Assembly: GCA_963712745.1 (NCBI GenBank)
Contig: CAVQJC010000014.1
Span: 1-64,000, forward strand
DNA: 64,000 bases
Origin: an uncultured Chloroflexia bacterium
GTDB taxonomy: Bacteria > Chloroflexota > Limnocylindria > Limnocylindrales > CSP1-4
Direction: 5' to 3'
In this document: piece by piece, positions 32,251 to 41,797 of the stretch
Numbering within the stretch: the first letter of the stretch is position 1
Layout of the letters: every line of letters begins with the position of its first letter
Made by a program: the position numbers and the translations under genes
The notes under the pieces: generated by a model
The model's database searches: none
The model's input: the letters and a program-made list of their open reading frames with translations, nothing else
What the model was told of the DNA's origin: nothing

Positions 32251-32283
32251 TCGTCCACGAAGTTGTCCACGACCTTGTCCACA
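32251..32283 (+). promoter_or_regulatory. Three tandem DnaA-box-like 9-mers
   Basis: TCGTCCACG, TTGTCCACG and TTGTCCACA at a 12-bp period; the last equals the high-GC DnaA box consensus. Confidence 0.6.
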
Positions 32284-32359
32284 TGGCCCCCGATCGGGGA
32301 CATCTCGTGACTTGGGGCAGGGTCGGAGTGGGCCACCCGGGCCTCCCTGCCCCGGGTCA

Positions 32360-33415
32360 TCAGGCGGGCTTGCGGAAGACGCCGAGGCCCGGTTCAGCCG
32401 TTAGCTGCCAGCGGCAGTCGCCGCCCAGCTCGAGGCCACCGAAGGGGTCATGGGCAAGCAGCAGGCTGCCGTCGAGATCCAGCCAGTCGACCTCGCTGGC
32501 CACCATCGCCGCGGCGGCCACGCCCACGCTCGACTCGACCATGCAGCCAAGCATGAGCTTCATGCCCATGGGCCGTGCCCGGCGGATCATGCGCAGGGCA
32601 GGCCCGATGCCGCCACACTTGGCGAGCTTCACGACGATGCCGTCGACCACGCCCTCGAGCATGGGCAGATCGTTCTCGAAGACGGCCAATTCGTCGGCCA
32701 TGATGGGCAGGCTCGAGCGCTCCCGCAGCCAACGGAGCTCGGGCAGCATACGCGCCTTGAACGGCTGCTCGACGAGCTCCACCCCCAGCCGCTCCAGCTC
32801 GGGGATCATGGCGGCCGCCTGCTCGGGCTGCCAGGCGGTGTTGGCATCGACTCGCAAGGGACCGCTGAAGACCGCGCGCACGGCCTCAAGGGTCTCGATG
32901 TCGGCCGGGCCACCGACCTTGATCTTGAGCGCCGGGAAGTGGGAGACGCGGCGGGCGCGCTCCGCGACCGTGGCCGGATCGTCGATGCCCAGCGAGTAGT
33001 CGGTCGGAGGCAGCTTGTCGGACGTGCCCAGGAGCTCCCACACCGGCAGGCCGAGCGCCTTGCCGGCCATGTCGTGAAGGGCCATGTCGAGGCCGCCCTT
33101 GGCCCCACCGTGATTGCCCAGCGCGTCGGTCATCAACTCACTCGAGCGCTCCAGCCAAAGCAGGATCTCGTTGCGATCACGCGGCATCTGCCCCAGTTCG
33201 CCGAGCGCCCCGACCAGGCGCGGCAGGACCGCCTGCGTGGTAGCGACGGTCTCGCCGTAGTACGGCACCGGGAAGCACTCGCCCAGCCCAGCGGCTCCGT
33301 CCTGTTCGAGGTACGTGAGCACGGTCTCAGACGCCTGCGAGTCCTCGGTCCGGGCGATGCGGAAGGGCTCGCGGAAGGGCAGGTGGAGGTTCTCGGTTTG
33401 GAGCGAGAAGGTCAT
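32360..33415 (-). CDS. L-Ala-D/L-Glu dipeptide epimerase (enolase superfamily)
   Basis: PFRIAR, LKIKVG, RVDAN, VEQP, MADE, VKLAKCGG, GCMVE, DLDG. Confidence 0.92.
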   Translation of the reverse strand: MTFSLQTENLHLPFREPFRIARTEDSQASETVLTYLEQDGAAGLGECFPVPYYGETVATTQAVLPRLVGALGELGQMPRDRNEILLWLERSSELMTDALGNHGGAKGGLDMALHDMAGKALGLPVWELLGTSDKLPPTDYSLGIDDPATVAERARRVSHFPALKIKVGGPADIETLEAVRAVFSGPLRVDANTAWQPEQAAAMIPELERLGVELVEQPFKARMLPELRWLRERSSLPIMADELAVFENDLPMLEGVVDGIVVKLAKCGGIGPALRMIRRARPMGMKLMLGCMVESSVGVAAAAMVASEVDWLDLDGSLLLAHDPFGGLELGGDCRWQLTAEPGLGVFRKPA

Positions 33416-34506
33416 CGCGCGGCTCCTCGGCCTTCCAGGCTCGTCTCCACATCGGCGCGCACGGCTTCGAAGAGCTCGCCTGGGCCGAAGCGGTAGGGGT
33501 CGTCGGTGGGCAGGCCGGTCTCGGCCGCCACCCGTTCGATCTCGGCCCGTGCCTCCTCTTCGGAGAGCAGCGCCGTGTTGAGGGCGATGGCGGCCACATG
33601 CGACGGCGCCACCGCGTTGGCCACCATCTCGTAGAGGCGGATGTTGTCCTGCAGCGAGAGCGTGGGCGCGTCCTCCCCGGTGGCCTGCTCCCAGCCGAAG
33701 TGGCCGCTGCGCCCGGGCTGATGCACCAGCACCATCGCGTGCGGCGTGGTGCCGTGGACGAGGCCGAGCGTGACCGCCGAATAGGCCGGATGGTCGAGGG
33801 AACCCTGGCCCTCGACGAAGATCCAGTCGCCCATCTCCTCGGCCTGCTCCACGAGCCACTCCGCGGTGCCGTTGATGAAGTCGCTGATGACGCGGTCGAC
33901 CGAGACGCCCCAGCCCTCGATCATGATGCCGGTCTGACCGGTGGGCACGAAGACCGCCGCCAGTCCGGCATCCTGCGCGGCGCGCCGAAGCTCGAGTGCG
34001 ACGGTCATCTTGCCGACGGCACAGTCGGTACCCACCAGCAGCACCACGCGCTTGGCGGGCCCATGCTTGCGGCCGATGGCCACCTCGTGGCGCTCGGGTG
34101 GCCGCCGGTGATCGATGAGCTCGACACCGTGGGCCGCGGCCAGCGAAGTGAACTCGGGATCGTCGGAGACGAACTCGTGGAGGCCGCTGACCACGTCGAG
34201 ACCGTGGACGATGGCGTCGGCGATGATGGCGCGCCAGGCGGGCGGGATCTTGCCACCCTGCGGCGCGGTGCCGATGAGCAGGGCGGACGGCCCGAGCGGC
34301 AGGGCCTCGGCCAGCGTGGCCACCACGGGCGCGGCATGCTCCTGACCCAGCCACTCCGACACGTCCCGTCCCGCACGCGTGCTGTCGAGCACCGCGACCA
34401 CGTCGTCGCGGCCGTACTTGATGACGCCCATGGCGGTCTTGGAGCCCGGCTCACCGAACTGGCCTTCGGCCAGGATGAGGTAGCGACGGCGGGTCTCAGC
34501 GTCCAC
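33412..34506 (-). CDS. DUF1611 family P-loop protein (usual partner of dipeptide epimerase)
   Basis: KTAMGVIKY, SGLH, VGTDCAVGKM, TGQTGI, VEGQGSLDHPAYS. Confidence 0.9.
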   Translation of the reverse strand: MDAETRRRYLILAEGQFGEPGSKTAMGVIKYGRDDVVAVLDSTRAGRDVSEWLGQEHAAPVVATLAEALPLGPSALLIGTAPQGGKIPPAWRAIIADAIVHGLDVVSGLHEFVSDDPEFTSLAAAHGVELIDHRRPPERHEVAIGRKHGPAKRVVLLVGTDCAVGKMTVALELRRAAQDAGLAAVFVPTGQTGIMIEGWGVSVDRVISDFINGTAEWLVEQAEEMGDWIFVEGQGSLDHPAYSAVTLGLVHGTTPHAMVLVHQPGRSGHFGWEQATGEDAPTLSLQDNIRLYEMVANAVAPSHVAAIALNTALLSEEEARAEIERVAAETGLPTDDPYRFGPGELFEAVRADVETSLEGRGAAR

Positions 34507-34576
34507 GGGCGATCCCTTCCTGCATGATCCGACTGTAGCGAGATCGATGCCTCGGCTACCCGCTTGACCGCGGGAT

Positions 34577-34639
34577 GGACCCGCCCAGTCGCTGGGGGGA
34601 CCCGCCCGGTCGCTGGGGGGCTCCGCCCAGGCGTTGGGG
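34577..34639. repeat. 21-bp tandem repeat x3, each unit with a mini-hairpin
   Basis: ggacccgcccagtcgctgggg / ggacccgcccggtcgctgggg / ggctccgcccaggcgttgggg. Confidence 0.75.
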
Positions 34640-34648
34640 GATAGAAGG

Positions 34649-34676
34649 ACGCCCCCGGGGCGCGGTCCGGGGGCGT
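34649..34676 (-). terminator. tRNA terminator hairpin
   Basis: 10-bp stem acgcccccgg / ccgggggcgt followed by ccttct on the minus strand. Confidence 0.65.
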
Positions 34677-34687
34677 AGGAAAGATCG

Positions 34688-34764
34688 TGGTACCGCATAC
34701 CGGATTCGAACCGGTGATCTCCGCCTTGAGAGGGCGGTGTCCTAGGCCTCTAGACGAATGCGGC
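34688..34764 (-). tRNA. tRNA-Glu (anticodon CTC)
   Basis: GCCGCAT...CCGCC-CT-CTC-AA-GGCGG...GGTTCGAATCC...ATGCGGT-ACCA cloverleaf with encoded CCA. Confidence 0.96.
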
Positions 34765-34867
34765 TTGTCCGCCCGAGATGGTAACGGACCTTCGCTAGGT
34801 CTGTCCAGAACAGCAGCCGTGGGCGGGCTGCGGCCGGGCGTCGGCGCCCGTGCCGCCGCCAAGCGCG

Positions 34868-35767
34868 CTAGAGGCGGTGATGCTCGAGGAACGAGCGGAT
34901 GGTATCCGCGACCTGGTCGAAGCCCTGCTCGCCGAGGACCGCGCCGTAGTGCGAGTGCGCACCGAAGGGTTGATATTCCGCGCCGAGCCACTCGGCCAGG
35001 CGAGCGCTGTCGGCCTCGGCGAACTGGTGGTCGAGCCCTGCACCGATGACGAGGATGGGCACCTCAGGCAGCCGGTCGCGGTCGACGTAGACGCCGGCCA
35101 GCATCTGGCGGCGGGCGGCCCCGCTCTCTGCCCCCAGGAGGTGCTGGATACGTCGGACGTCGGCCAGCGTGAGGTCCTGATTCTGGCGCTGGACCTGATC
35201 GTGGCTGCCCGCCCAGTCGATGAGTTCGGCCTGGTATGTCGCAGGCACCAGGCGGACGACGTGTGGCGGCGGTACCGGCCGTACCGGTGCCGGGATGGCC
35301 GGGCTGATGAGGATGAGTGCGTCGATCTCGCGGCGGGCGGCCACCTTCATCGCGAGCAGGCCGCCCAGACCATGCCCGACCACGACGGCGGGGCGCCCGA
35401 GCGCCTCGAGACCGGCCACGGCGTCGTCAAGGTAGGTGTCGAAGCTGAGCTCCTCGATGGGTGCGGTCTGGGACCAGAAATGGGCCCGCAGGTTCAGCGC
35501 ATGGCCCTCCCAGCCACGCTGCGCGAAGTAGCGCAGGTAGCGCTCCCACAGCCACGAGCCGCCCAGCTCCCCGTGGAGGTAGTAGAGCGGGCGCCGGCGC
35601 GAGCGGCGCTCGGGCAGCCACGATTCGACGTACAGGCCGCGCTCTTCGAGCACGATCTCGTCCTTGCGTACCGGCTTGCCCTGGGGGCGACCGGTCAGTT
35701 CCCTCGTCGTTCCGCCTCGCCCATTGCCGGCGATGGCGGCCGTCCCCTTGGGGAGGTCAGGATCCAT
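34868..35767 (-). CDS. Alpha/beta-fold hydrolase family protein (nucleophile motif GHGLGG)
   Basis: YLHGELGG, LNLRAH, VVVGHGLGG, PILVIGAGLD, SHYG. Confidence 0.82.
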   Translation of the reverse strand: MDPDLPKGTAAIAGNGRGGTTRELTGRPQGKPVRKDEIVLEERGLYVESWLPERRSRRRPLYYLHGELGGSWLWERYLRYFAQRGWEGHALNLRAHFWSQTAPIEELSFDTYLDDAVAGLEALGRPAVVVGHGLGGLLAMKVAARREIDALILISPAIPAPVRPVPPPHVVRLVPATYQAELIDWAGSHDQVQRQNQDLTLADVRRIQHLLGAESGAARRQMLAGVYVDRDRLPEVPILVIGAGLDHQFAEADSARLAEWLGAEYQPFGAHSHYGAVLGEQGFDQVADTIRSFLEHHRL

Positions 35768-35805
35768 TCCGTGCCTCGTCTCTCCTTGGTCCGCTGAAGG
35801 CTCCA

Positions 35806-37103
35806 CTATCGGTCCAGCGGGTCGAGCGCCAGGCCGGTAGGGGCCTTGGGGTTGAAGTAGGTCGACTTCTGGGGCATGACCTCGCCGGCCCCGGCCACGA
35901 GCGAGATGGCGGCCGGCGGCATCTCGTCGAGCAGGAACGCCGCCGAGGCCTCCTCAGCGGCGACCTGCTGTGTCGCGACCACGGCATCCTTCACGTACCA
36001 GAGACGCCCATCTGCGGCGAGCTCCGTGGCATCGGTGCCGAAGACACGGTCGATGGTCACGCTGAGCGCGTTGACGTCGAGCCCCCTGGAAGCCTCCGAG
36101 AGGCGCGCATCGAGAAGGGCGTCCGTGGCCGCGCGGTCGACGGTCAGGATAGCCGCCACGGGCGACCTCCCGGTGTAGACCCCGATGCGGCCGGTACCCG
36201 TGGCCCCGTCATCGAACTGCGGCGGCTCGGCCATGCGCGCGAGGAGCGCCTCGCGGTGGGGCAGCCGCTCGATGGCGAAGTACGACTCGAGACGCGCCAG
36301 GAGATCCTCGCCACAGGGCTGCCCGCGGATGACGCGGTGCGTGGGCAGCGCGGGCGGTGACTGGTCGAGCGGATAGATGAGCGCCAGCGCGTAGCCTGAG
36401 GCAGGGTCGGCAGCCGCTGTGTCGGCCCCGCGGTCGCGGTGGTAGGCCAGCGCGGTCTCGTAGCGATGGTGTCCGTCGGCGATCGTCACCGGCGCGGACG
36501 ACATCAGCGAGAGCACCGCGGCTGCCTCCTCGGCCCCGCAGACCCAGAGGCGATGGCCGACCCCGCCGGGGGTAGTAGCTTCGGCATCGGGCTCTCGCTC
36601 GGTCAGCACCAGCAGCGCCGCCGAGGTGGCGGCGGGTTCAGAGCCGGCCAGGAACACCAGCGGGCTGGTGTTGAGCCGGGTCGACTCGAGCAGGGCGTAG
36701 CGGTCGGCCTTGGGCCCACCGTGGGTCTTCTCGTGGGGCAGGACCCCCGCCTTGGGGCCGTACTCCTCGAGGCCCAGGCGGCAAAGCAGGCCGGTGGCGG
36801 TCTGCTCGCGACCTTCGGCGTCCAGCCAGCGCATCTGGTGGACCGTCACGGTCGGCTCCGCATCCCTGACCAGGACCCCGACTCGCGCCACGCCGACGCG
36901 GTAGCTGCGGCCGCAGCGTAGTCACTGGGGCCGGCCTCGCCGAGATCCGCTGGCAGCTCGATGCGCACGATGTTGTGGGGGTCCCTGGTCAGCAACTCCT
37001 GCCGCTCAGCTGGGCCGATGATGTCGTACGGCGGCGCGAGCACGGCGGAGAGGTCGACGGCCGCGTCGAAGCGGAGCGCGCGGAAGGGTCGCAGGTCGGG
37101 CAC
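35806..37103 (-). CDS. DUF1015 family protein (one homopolymer frameshift near 36875)
   Basis: LRPFRALRF, APPYDII, VLPHEKT, IADGHHRYETA, PTHR, MPQKSTYFNPK. Confidence 0.9.
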
Positions 37104-37187
37104 GGACGAATGGTACCGACCCTGCGCGAATCGAGCCGTCGAGGCCCCCGGCGACCGGACCGAGCCAAGCGACGCTACGCTTGCTAC

Positions 37188-37652
37188 GTGACCTCGACGC
37201 CGCGCCCTAGACTCCTCGCGCTGGCCCTGGCCGGCAGCTTCCTCGTCGGCGGCTGCTATTCCCTGGCTGAGCCGTCGTTCCACCCCGGTGACCAGCGCGA
37301 CATCCTGCAGACGATCTTGCTCCGCGGCATCGTGACCGGGGAGCCCATCGCCGGCGAGACCGCCTGTGACGACCACGACCTGGTCGGCAACTCGCTCTAC
37401 CTGACCGCGCGCATGCCCGACGAAGTCGAGCCGCGCGATGTCTACATCCACATGTACCGGGAGAAGTACTGGGATCGCTCGGCCGAAGAGGTCGACGGCT
37501 GCCAGGCTGAGTACGCAGCCGCCAACCCTGACGCCGAGATCACCCGGCTCGACATCCCGACCTACCGGGTGTTCGGCGCGGACTGGTCGGAGGAGCTGAC
37601 GGACGAGTTGACCAAGGCTCTCGAGGAGGCGTCCCAGGCCGGCAAGGACTGA
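37188..37652 (+). CDS. Hypothetical lipoprotein
   Basis: Signal peptide with lipobox-like LVGGC; acidic mature domain with two further Cys. Confidence 0.7.
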   Translation: MTSTPRPRLLALALAGSFLVGGCYSLAEPSFHPGDQRDILQTILLRGIVTGEPIAGETACDDHDLVGNSLYLTARMPDEVEPRDVYIHMYREKYWDRSAEEVDGCQAEYAAANPDAEITRLDIPTYRVFGADWSEELTDELTKALEEASQAGKD

Positions 37653-37655
37653 CCC

Positions 37656-37905
37656 ATGGACGCGCCGTCCGGTCTCGGCTTTCGCTACGCCCGATCCGCT
37701 GACGGTACGAGCATCGCCTGGGCTCGCTCGGGCACGGACCGCCGCTGGTGGTGGTGCCCCCGGTCCCCTTGCGCAACGTGGGCGGCGAGTGGTCCGTGCC
37801 CCTGATGCAGGATGCGTACTAGCGGCTCGCCGGTGCCTTCGAGCTCATCCTCCACGACGGCCGCGGCACAGGCGCCTCCCAGCGCGCGGTCGACGATCTT
37901 GGCGG
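37656..37905 (+). pseudogene. 5' remnant of an alpha/beta hydrolase
   Basis: RYARSADGTSIAWARSG, frameshift, GPPLVVVP, in-frame TAG, HDGRGTGASQR, then truncated. Confidence 0.65.
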
Positions 37906-37940
37906 CTGGCAAGCCCGGGCGCGCGAGACACCTCGTCCTC

Positions 37941-38000
37941 TTCGCGTGATCCGGCCGGGCTTCGCGTGATCCGGCCGGGCTTCGCGTGATCCGGCCGGGC
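37941..38000. repeat. Perfect 20-bp tandem repeat x3
   Basis: ttcgcgtgatccggccgggc x3. Confidence 0.92.
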
Positions 38001-38034
38001 GCGGATGGCTGACCCGCGGGCGCATACTCGCGGC

Positions 38035-38853
38035 TTGAGCACCGAGCCGGACGTCCGCAGCCGCCAGAACCCGCGCTTCAAGGCGGCGCTGGCGCTGCGT
38101 GGCGCGCGCGAGCGACGGGCCCGTGGGCGCATCCTCGTCGACGGTGCTCGCGAGATCGGTCGCGCGCTCGAGACGGGTGTCGTGCCGGTCGAGGGCTGGG
38201 TCGCGCTCGAACAGGTGCGCAGCGCGGCCGCTCGAGCCCTGCTCCCGCGCCTGGCCTCATCGATGGAGATCATCGAGACCACGCCGGAGCTTCTGGCGCA
38301 CCTGGCCTACGGCGAGCGGGACGAAGGCATCGTGGCCGTGTTCGAGACGCCGCCCTCGGACCTCGGCCGGCTGGCCGGCCGGCTCCCGGAGCGCCCGCTC
38401 ATCGCGGTCGTCGAAGGCGTCGAGAAGCCCGGCAACCTGGGCGCGCTCCTGCGCTCGGCCGACGGAGCCGGGGTCGATGCTGTCATCGCCGCCGACCCGG
38501 CATCGGACATCTGGAATCCCAACGCCATCCGCGCCAGCCTGGGCACGATCTTCAGCCTGCCGGTCGCGGCCTGTTCATCGGCCGAGGCCCTGGCCTTCCT
38601 GCGTGACCACCGCATCGACATCCTTGCCGCACGCGTAGAAGGGGCTACCGGCTACGACACGGTCGATCTCACCGGGTCGGTGGCGCTCGTGGTCGGCGCC
38701 GAGACCAGCGGTCTGACCGAGACCTGGTCGGGCGAGGGCGTGACGCCCATCAGTATCCCCATGCTGGGGCTTGCAGACAGTCTCAATGTGTCAGCCAGCG
38801 CGGCCGTACTCTTCTACGAAGCGCAGCGCCAACGCCGCGCCGCTGACCGATGA
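38035..38853 (+). CDS. TrmH/SpoU-family RNA methyltransferase
   Basis: SRQNPRFK, EKPGNLGALLRSADGAG, VGAETSGL, IPMLGLADSLNVS. Alternative start at 38005. Confidence 0.93.
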   Translation: MSTEPDVRSRQNPRFKAALALRGARERRARGRILVDGAREIGRALETGVVPVEGWVALEQVRSAAARALLPRLASSMEIIETTPELLAHLAYGERDEGIVAVFETPPSDLGRLAGRLPERPLIAVVEGVEKPGNLGALLRSADGAGVDAVIAADPASDIWNPNAIRASLGTIFSLPVAACSSAEALAFLRDHRIDILAARVEGATGYDTVDLTGSVALVVGAETSGLTETWSGEGVTPISIPMLGLADSLNVSASAAVLFYEAQRQRRAADR

Positions 38854-38873
38854 CCAGACCAGGAGGGAGTTCC

Positions 38874-39224
38874 ATGGCCACGACCACGCTGCTCGTCGAG
38901 TTCGACATCAAGGCCGGCCGGACCGACGACTTCAAGGCCGCCGCGAAGGCCCTGTTCGCCAAGACGCAGGAAGAGCCGGACACCCTGCGCTACGAGTACT
39001 TCCTCAGTGACGACGGCACCAGCAACGTGAACATCGAGGTGTTCAAGGACGCCGATGCCTTCGTCTATCACAACCGCAACGTGGCCGACCTGGTGCCGGC
39101 TCTCTTCGACGCGGTGGACAAGGTCAGGATCGCCGTCATCGGCGACGCCAACGACGACCTCTGGGCTGAGCTGGCCGATGTCGAGACGGTCCACTACGAG
39201 CGCCTCGGCGGCATCACCCGCTAA
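38874..39224 (+). CDS. Antibiotic biosynthesis monooxygenase (ABM) family protein
   Basis: EFDIKAG, EEPDTLRYEYF, EVFKDADAF; strong RBS. Confidence 0.8.
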   Translation: MATTTLLVEFDIKAGRTDDFKAAAKALFAKTQEEPDTLRYEYFLSDDGTSNVNIEVFKDADAFVYHNRNVADLVPALFDAVDKVRIAVIGDANDDLWAELADVETVHYERLGGITR

Positions 39225-39227
39225 TCG

Positions 39228-39629
39228 CTAGACCAGCGACCGGGTGGCGATGTTGGCCACGCCGATGTGGCGATGCCTTGGCCCGTCTAGCTCCAGGAAG
39301 ATGATCCGCTGCCAGGTGCCAACGTCCAGGCGGCCCTCGCTGACCGGCAGCAGCAGCTGGCCGCCGATGAAGCTGGCGAGGACGTGCGACTGGGCGTTGC
39401 CCGGGTTCCAGACCTCGTGCTGCCAGGGCCCGTGGTCCTCGATGAGATGGGCCGCCACGCGCTCATAGTCGGCGAACATCTCCGAGCCTGACTCACCCAG
39501 GAAGACCGCGGCCGTGGTGTGCTCGACGGTGACCAGCAGGAGGCCGTCGGGCCAGTCGCGGGAAGTGAAGAGATGGGTGATGTCGAGCGCCTGCGTGCGC
39601 CGGCTGGTCGAGAGTTCGAAGCGAAGCAT
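39228..39629 (-). CDS. yjbQ: YjbQ/UPF0047 family protein
   Basis: HTTAAV, NAQSHV, GTWQRIIFLELDGPR. Confidence 0.88.
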   Translation of the reverse strand: MLRFELSTSRRTQALDITHLFTSRDWPDGLLLVTVEHTTAAVFLGESGSEMFADYERVAAHLIEDHGPWQHEVWNPGNAQSHVLASFIGGQLLLPVSEGRLDVGTWQRIIFLELDGPRHRHIGVANIATRSLV

Positions 39630-39658
39630 CCCCTGAGGCTACTCGCCCCCGGCAGTCG

Positions 39659-40714
39659 CTACCGGTCCTCGATGACCACGACCTGCTCGAGGTGCCGCGG
39701 TTGTTCCGGGTCGAGACCACGGCCGACCGCGATGCCCAGCGCCAGCGCCTGCAGGACATGCAGCGCGAGGGGCAGGCGGGCGATCTCGTCGAGCCCGGCC
39801 CCGGGGCCATCCGGGCCCAGCACCATGGTCGAGGCTCCGAGGACGGCCGATTCATCGATCACCCGCCGCTCGTCGGCCTCGGCCGTTCCGCCGATGATGC
39901 CCACCACGATCGTGCCTGGCTCGCACACCGACATCGGCCCATGTCGGAACTCGAGCGGATGGAAGGCGGAGGCTGGGACCTGGCCCGTCTCGGTCGCCTT
40001 CAGGACCGCCTCGTTGGCCAGGCCGAACGCAGCACCGCCGCCGAGCACCACCAGCCGCGAGGGGTTCGTGGCCGCCAGCTCGAAGGCGCGGTCGATCCAT
40101 GGTGCGGTCTCGACCCACCGTCCGGGTAGCGCGTCGAGGTCGGCCGCGAAGGCCGGGTCACCGAGTCGTGCCCCCAATCGCATGAGCAGCGCCGTCTGCG
40201 AGGCGAACGATCGCGTCATCACGATGGCTTCCTCGTCCCCCTCGGGGATGGCCAACGCGACGTCTGCCAGTCCGGCCATGGGCGCGGCCGGACGGCAGGT
40301 GACCGCGACGGTGAACTGCCCACGGGCGCGGGCAGCCTTGATGACCTCAAGGGCCTCGGTGGTGGTGCCCGAGCGGGAGACCACGATGACCGGCTGATCG
40401 GCCAGGGACTGACCGGCGAAGACGGCCGCGGGCCGGAGTAGCAACTCGCTGAGGGGCTGGGCCTCGGCGGGCAGGTTGGCGTGGGCGCGCATGGAGAAGG
40501 CCGCGATCTGCGAGATGTAGAGCGACGAGCCCGCACCGGTGATGACGATACGAGTGGCGCCGTCGAGCCGGTCCACGATCGCCTGGGGGGCGGAGCGCGC
40601 GACCTCGAGTGCGGCGGTTATGGCCTCAGCACCGGTGCTGGCCTCGCGCCAGGTCGTGGTCCGCTCTACTCGCTCGCGGATCTGCTGGGCGGTAGGCATC
40701 TCGGATGCGTCCAT
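39659..40714 (-). CDS. Double-SIS-domain sugar-phosphate isomerase/deaminase (AgaS/GlmS-like)
   Basis: ITGAGSS, VSRSGTTTE, VMTRSF, LKATE, EFRHGP, PEQPRHL. Confidence 0.88.
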   Translation of the reverse strand: MDASEMPTAQQIRERVERTTTWREASTGAEAITAALEVARSAPQAIVDRLDGATRIVITGAGSSLYISQIAAFSMRAHANLPAEAQPLSELLLRPAAVFAGQSLADQPVIVVSRSGTTTEALEVIKAARARGQFTVAVTCRPAAPMAGLADVALAIPEGDEEAIVMTRSFASQTALLMRLGARLGDPAFAADLDALPGRWVETAPWIDRAFELAATNPSRLVVLGGGAAFGLANEAVLKATETGQVPASAFHPLEFRHGPMSVCEPGTIVVGIIGGTAEADERRVIDESAVLGASTMVLGPDGPGAGLDEIARLPLALHVLQALALGIAVGRGLDPEQPRHLEQVVVIEDR

Positions 40715-40816
40715 GGGTGCTCCGTTGTCGATGCTGAGGTCTTCGGGGCCTGCTCGTACGGTAGCATCGCTGCGGCGCGGTTCTCGTCGCGGGTCACGTC
40801 CAGCGGGAGGAAGAAG

Positions 40817-41797
40817 TTGAGGCTCGGCACACTTCGTGGCCTGGACGCCTGTGCCTCCGAGAGGGGCACGTTCTCGATCCTGGCGCTCGATCATCGCAAC
40901 AACCTGCGCCGGATGCTGGACCCGGACGACCCTGAGTCGGTCAGCTACGAGCAGATGGTCGCGGTCAAGCGCTCGATCGTGCGCGCCATCGCTCCGGTCG
41001 CCGACGGCATCCTGCTCGACCCGGACCTGGGCGCGGGCCCCGCGATCCACGACGGTTCGCTGCCTTCGGGCTGCGGACTGCTCGTAGCCGTCGAAGAGAG
41101 TGGGTACGACGGGCCGCCTACCGCGAGGCGCAGCCGCATCATGAAGGATTGGGGCGTGTCGCAGATCAAGCGACTCGGGGCCGACGCGGTGAAGCTACTG
41201 CTCTACTACCACCCCGATGCGCCCAACGCCGAGGACCAGGAACGCCTGCTCATCGAGATAGCCGAGTACTGCGCCGATTCGGACATCCCGCTCTTTCTCG
41301 AGACGCTGGGCTACTCCATCGAGGAGGGCGCGGCCGGGCTGACCGATGACGCTCGCCGCGATGTCGTGGTGCGCACCGCCAGGCGCTTGACAGCGCTCGG
41401 CGGGGACGTGCTCAAGTGCGAGTTCCCGTACGACGCCTCGGTCACCGACCGCAGCCGCTGGAAGGAGGCCTGCGCCGAGCTCGAGGCGGCCTCGTCTATC
41501 CCCTGGGCCATCCTCTCGGCCGGCGTGGACGATGCCACCTTCGAGGCCCAGACCGAGGTCGCCTGTGCTGCTGGTGCGTCGGGGGTGCTGGTGGGCCGGT
41601 CGGTCTGGAAGGAAGCGGCCACGATGGCCGCGCCCGAGCGCGACCGCTGGCTGGAGACCGTGGGCGCGGCGCGCATGCAGCGCCTCGTCGATATCGTCGA
41701 GGCGGAGGCTCGGCCGTGGCGAGAGCGCTCGCCGCTGCTCGACCAGCCGGAGCCGGGCGAGGGCTGGTACGCAAGCTACCCGGGGTCGTTGGCGTGA
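40817..41797 (+). CDS. lacD: Tagatose-1,6-bisphosphate aldolase (LacD/class I family)
   Basis: LALDHRNNL, ILLDP, EESGY, AVKLLLYYHPD, VLKCEFP, LSAGV, GRSVW. Confidence 0.85.
   Translation: MRLGTLRGLDACASERGTFSILALDHRNNLRRMLDPDDPESVSYEQMVAVKRSIVRAIAPVADGILLDPDLGAGPAIHDGSLPSGCGLLVAVEESGYDGPPTARRSRIMKDWGVSQIKRLGADAVKLLLYYHPDAPNAEDQERLLIEIAEYCADSDIPLFLETLGYSIEEGAAGLTDDARRDVVVRTARRLTALGGDVLKCEFPYDASVTDRSRWKEACAELEAASSIPWAILSAGVDDATFEAQTEVACAAGASGVLVGRSVWKEAATMAAPERDRWLETVGAARMQRLVDIVEAEARPWRERSPLLDQPEPGEGWYASYPGSLA

Noticed and set aside
34688-34764. tRNA as an integration site of an island
   Set aside because: No integrase or duplicated tRNA 3' end was seen; the flanks are ordinary genes.
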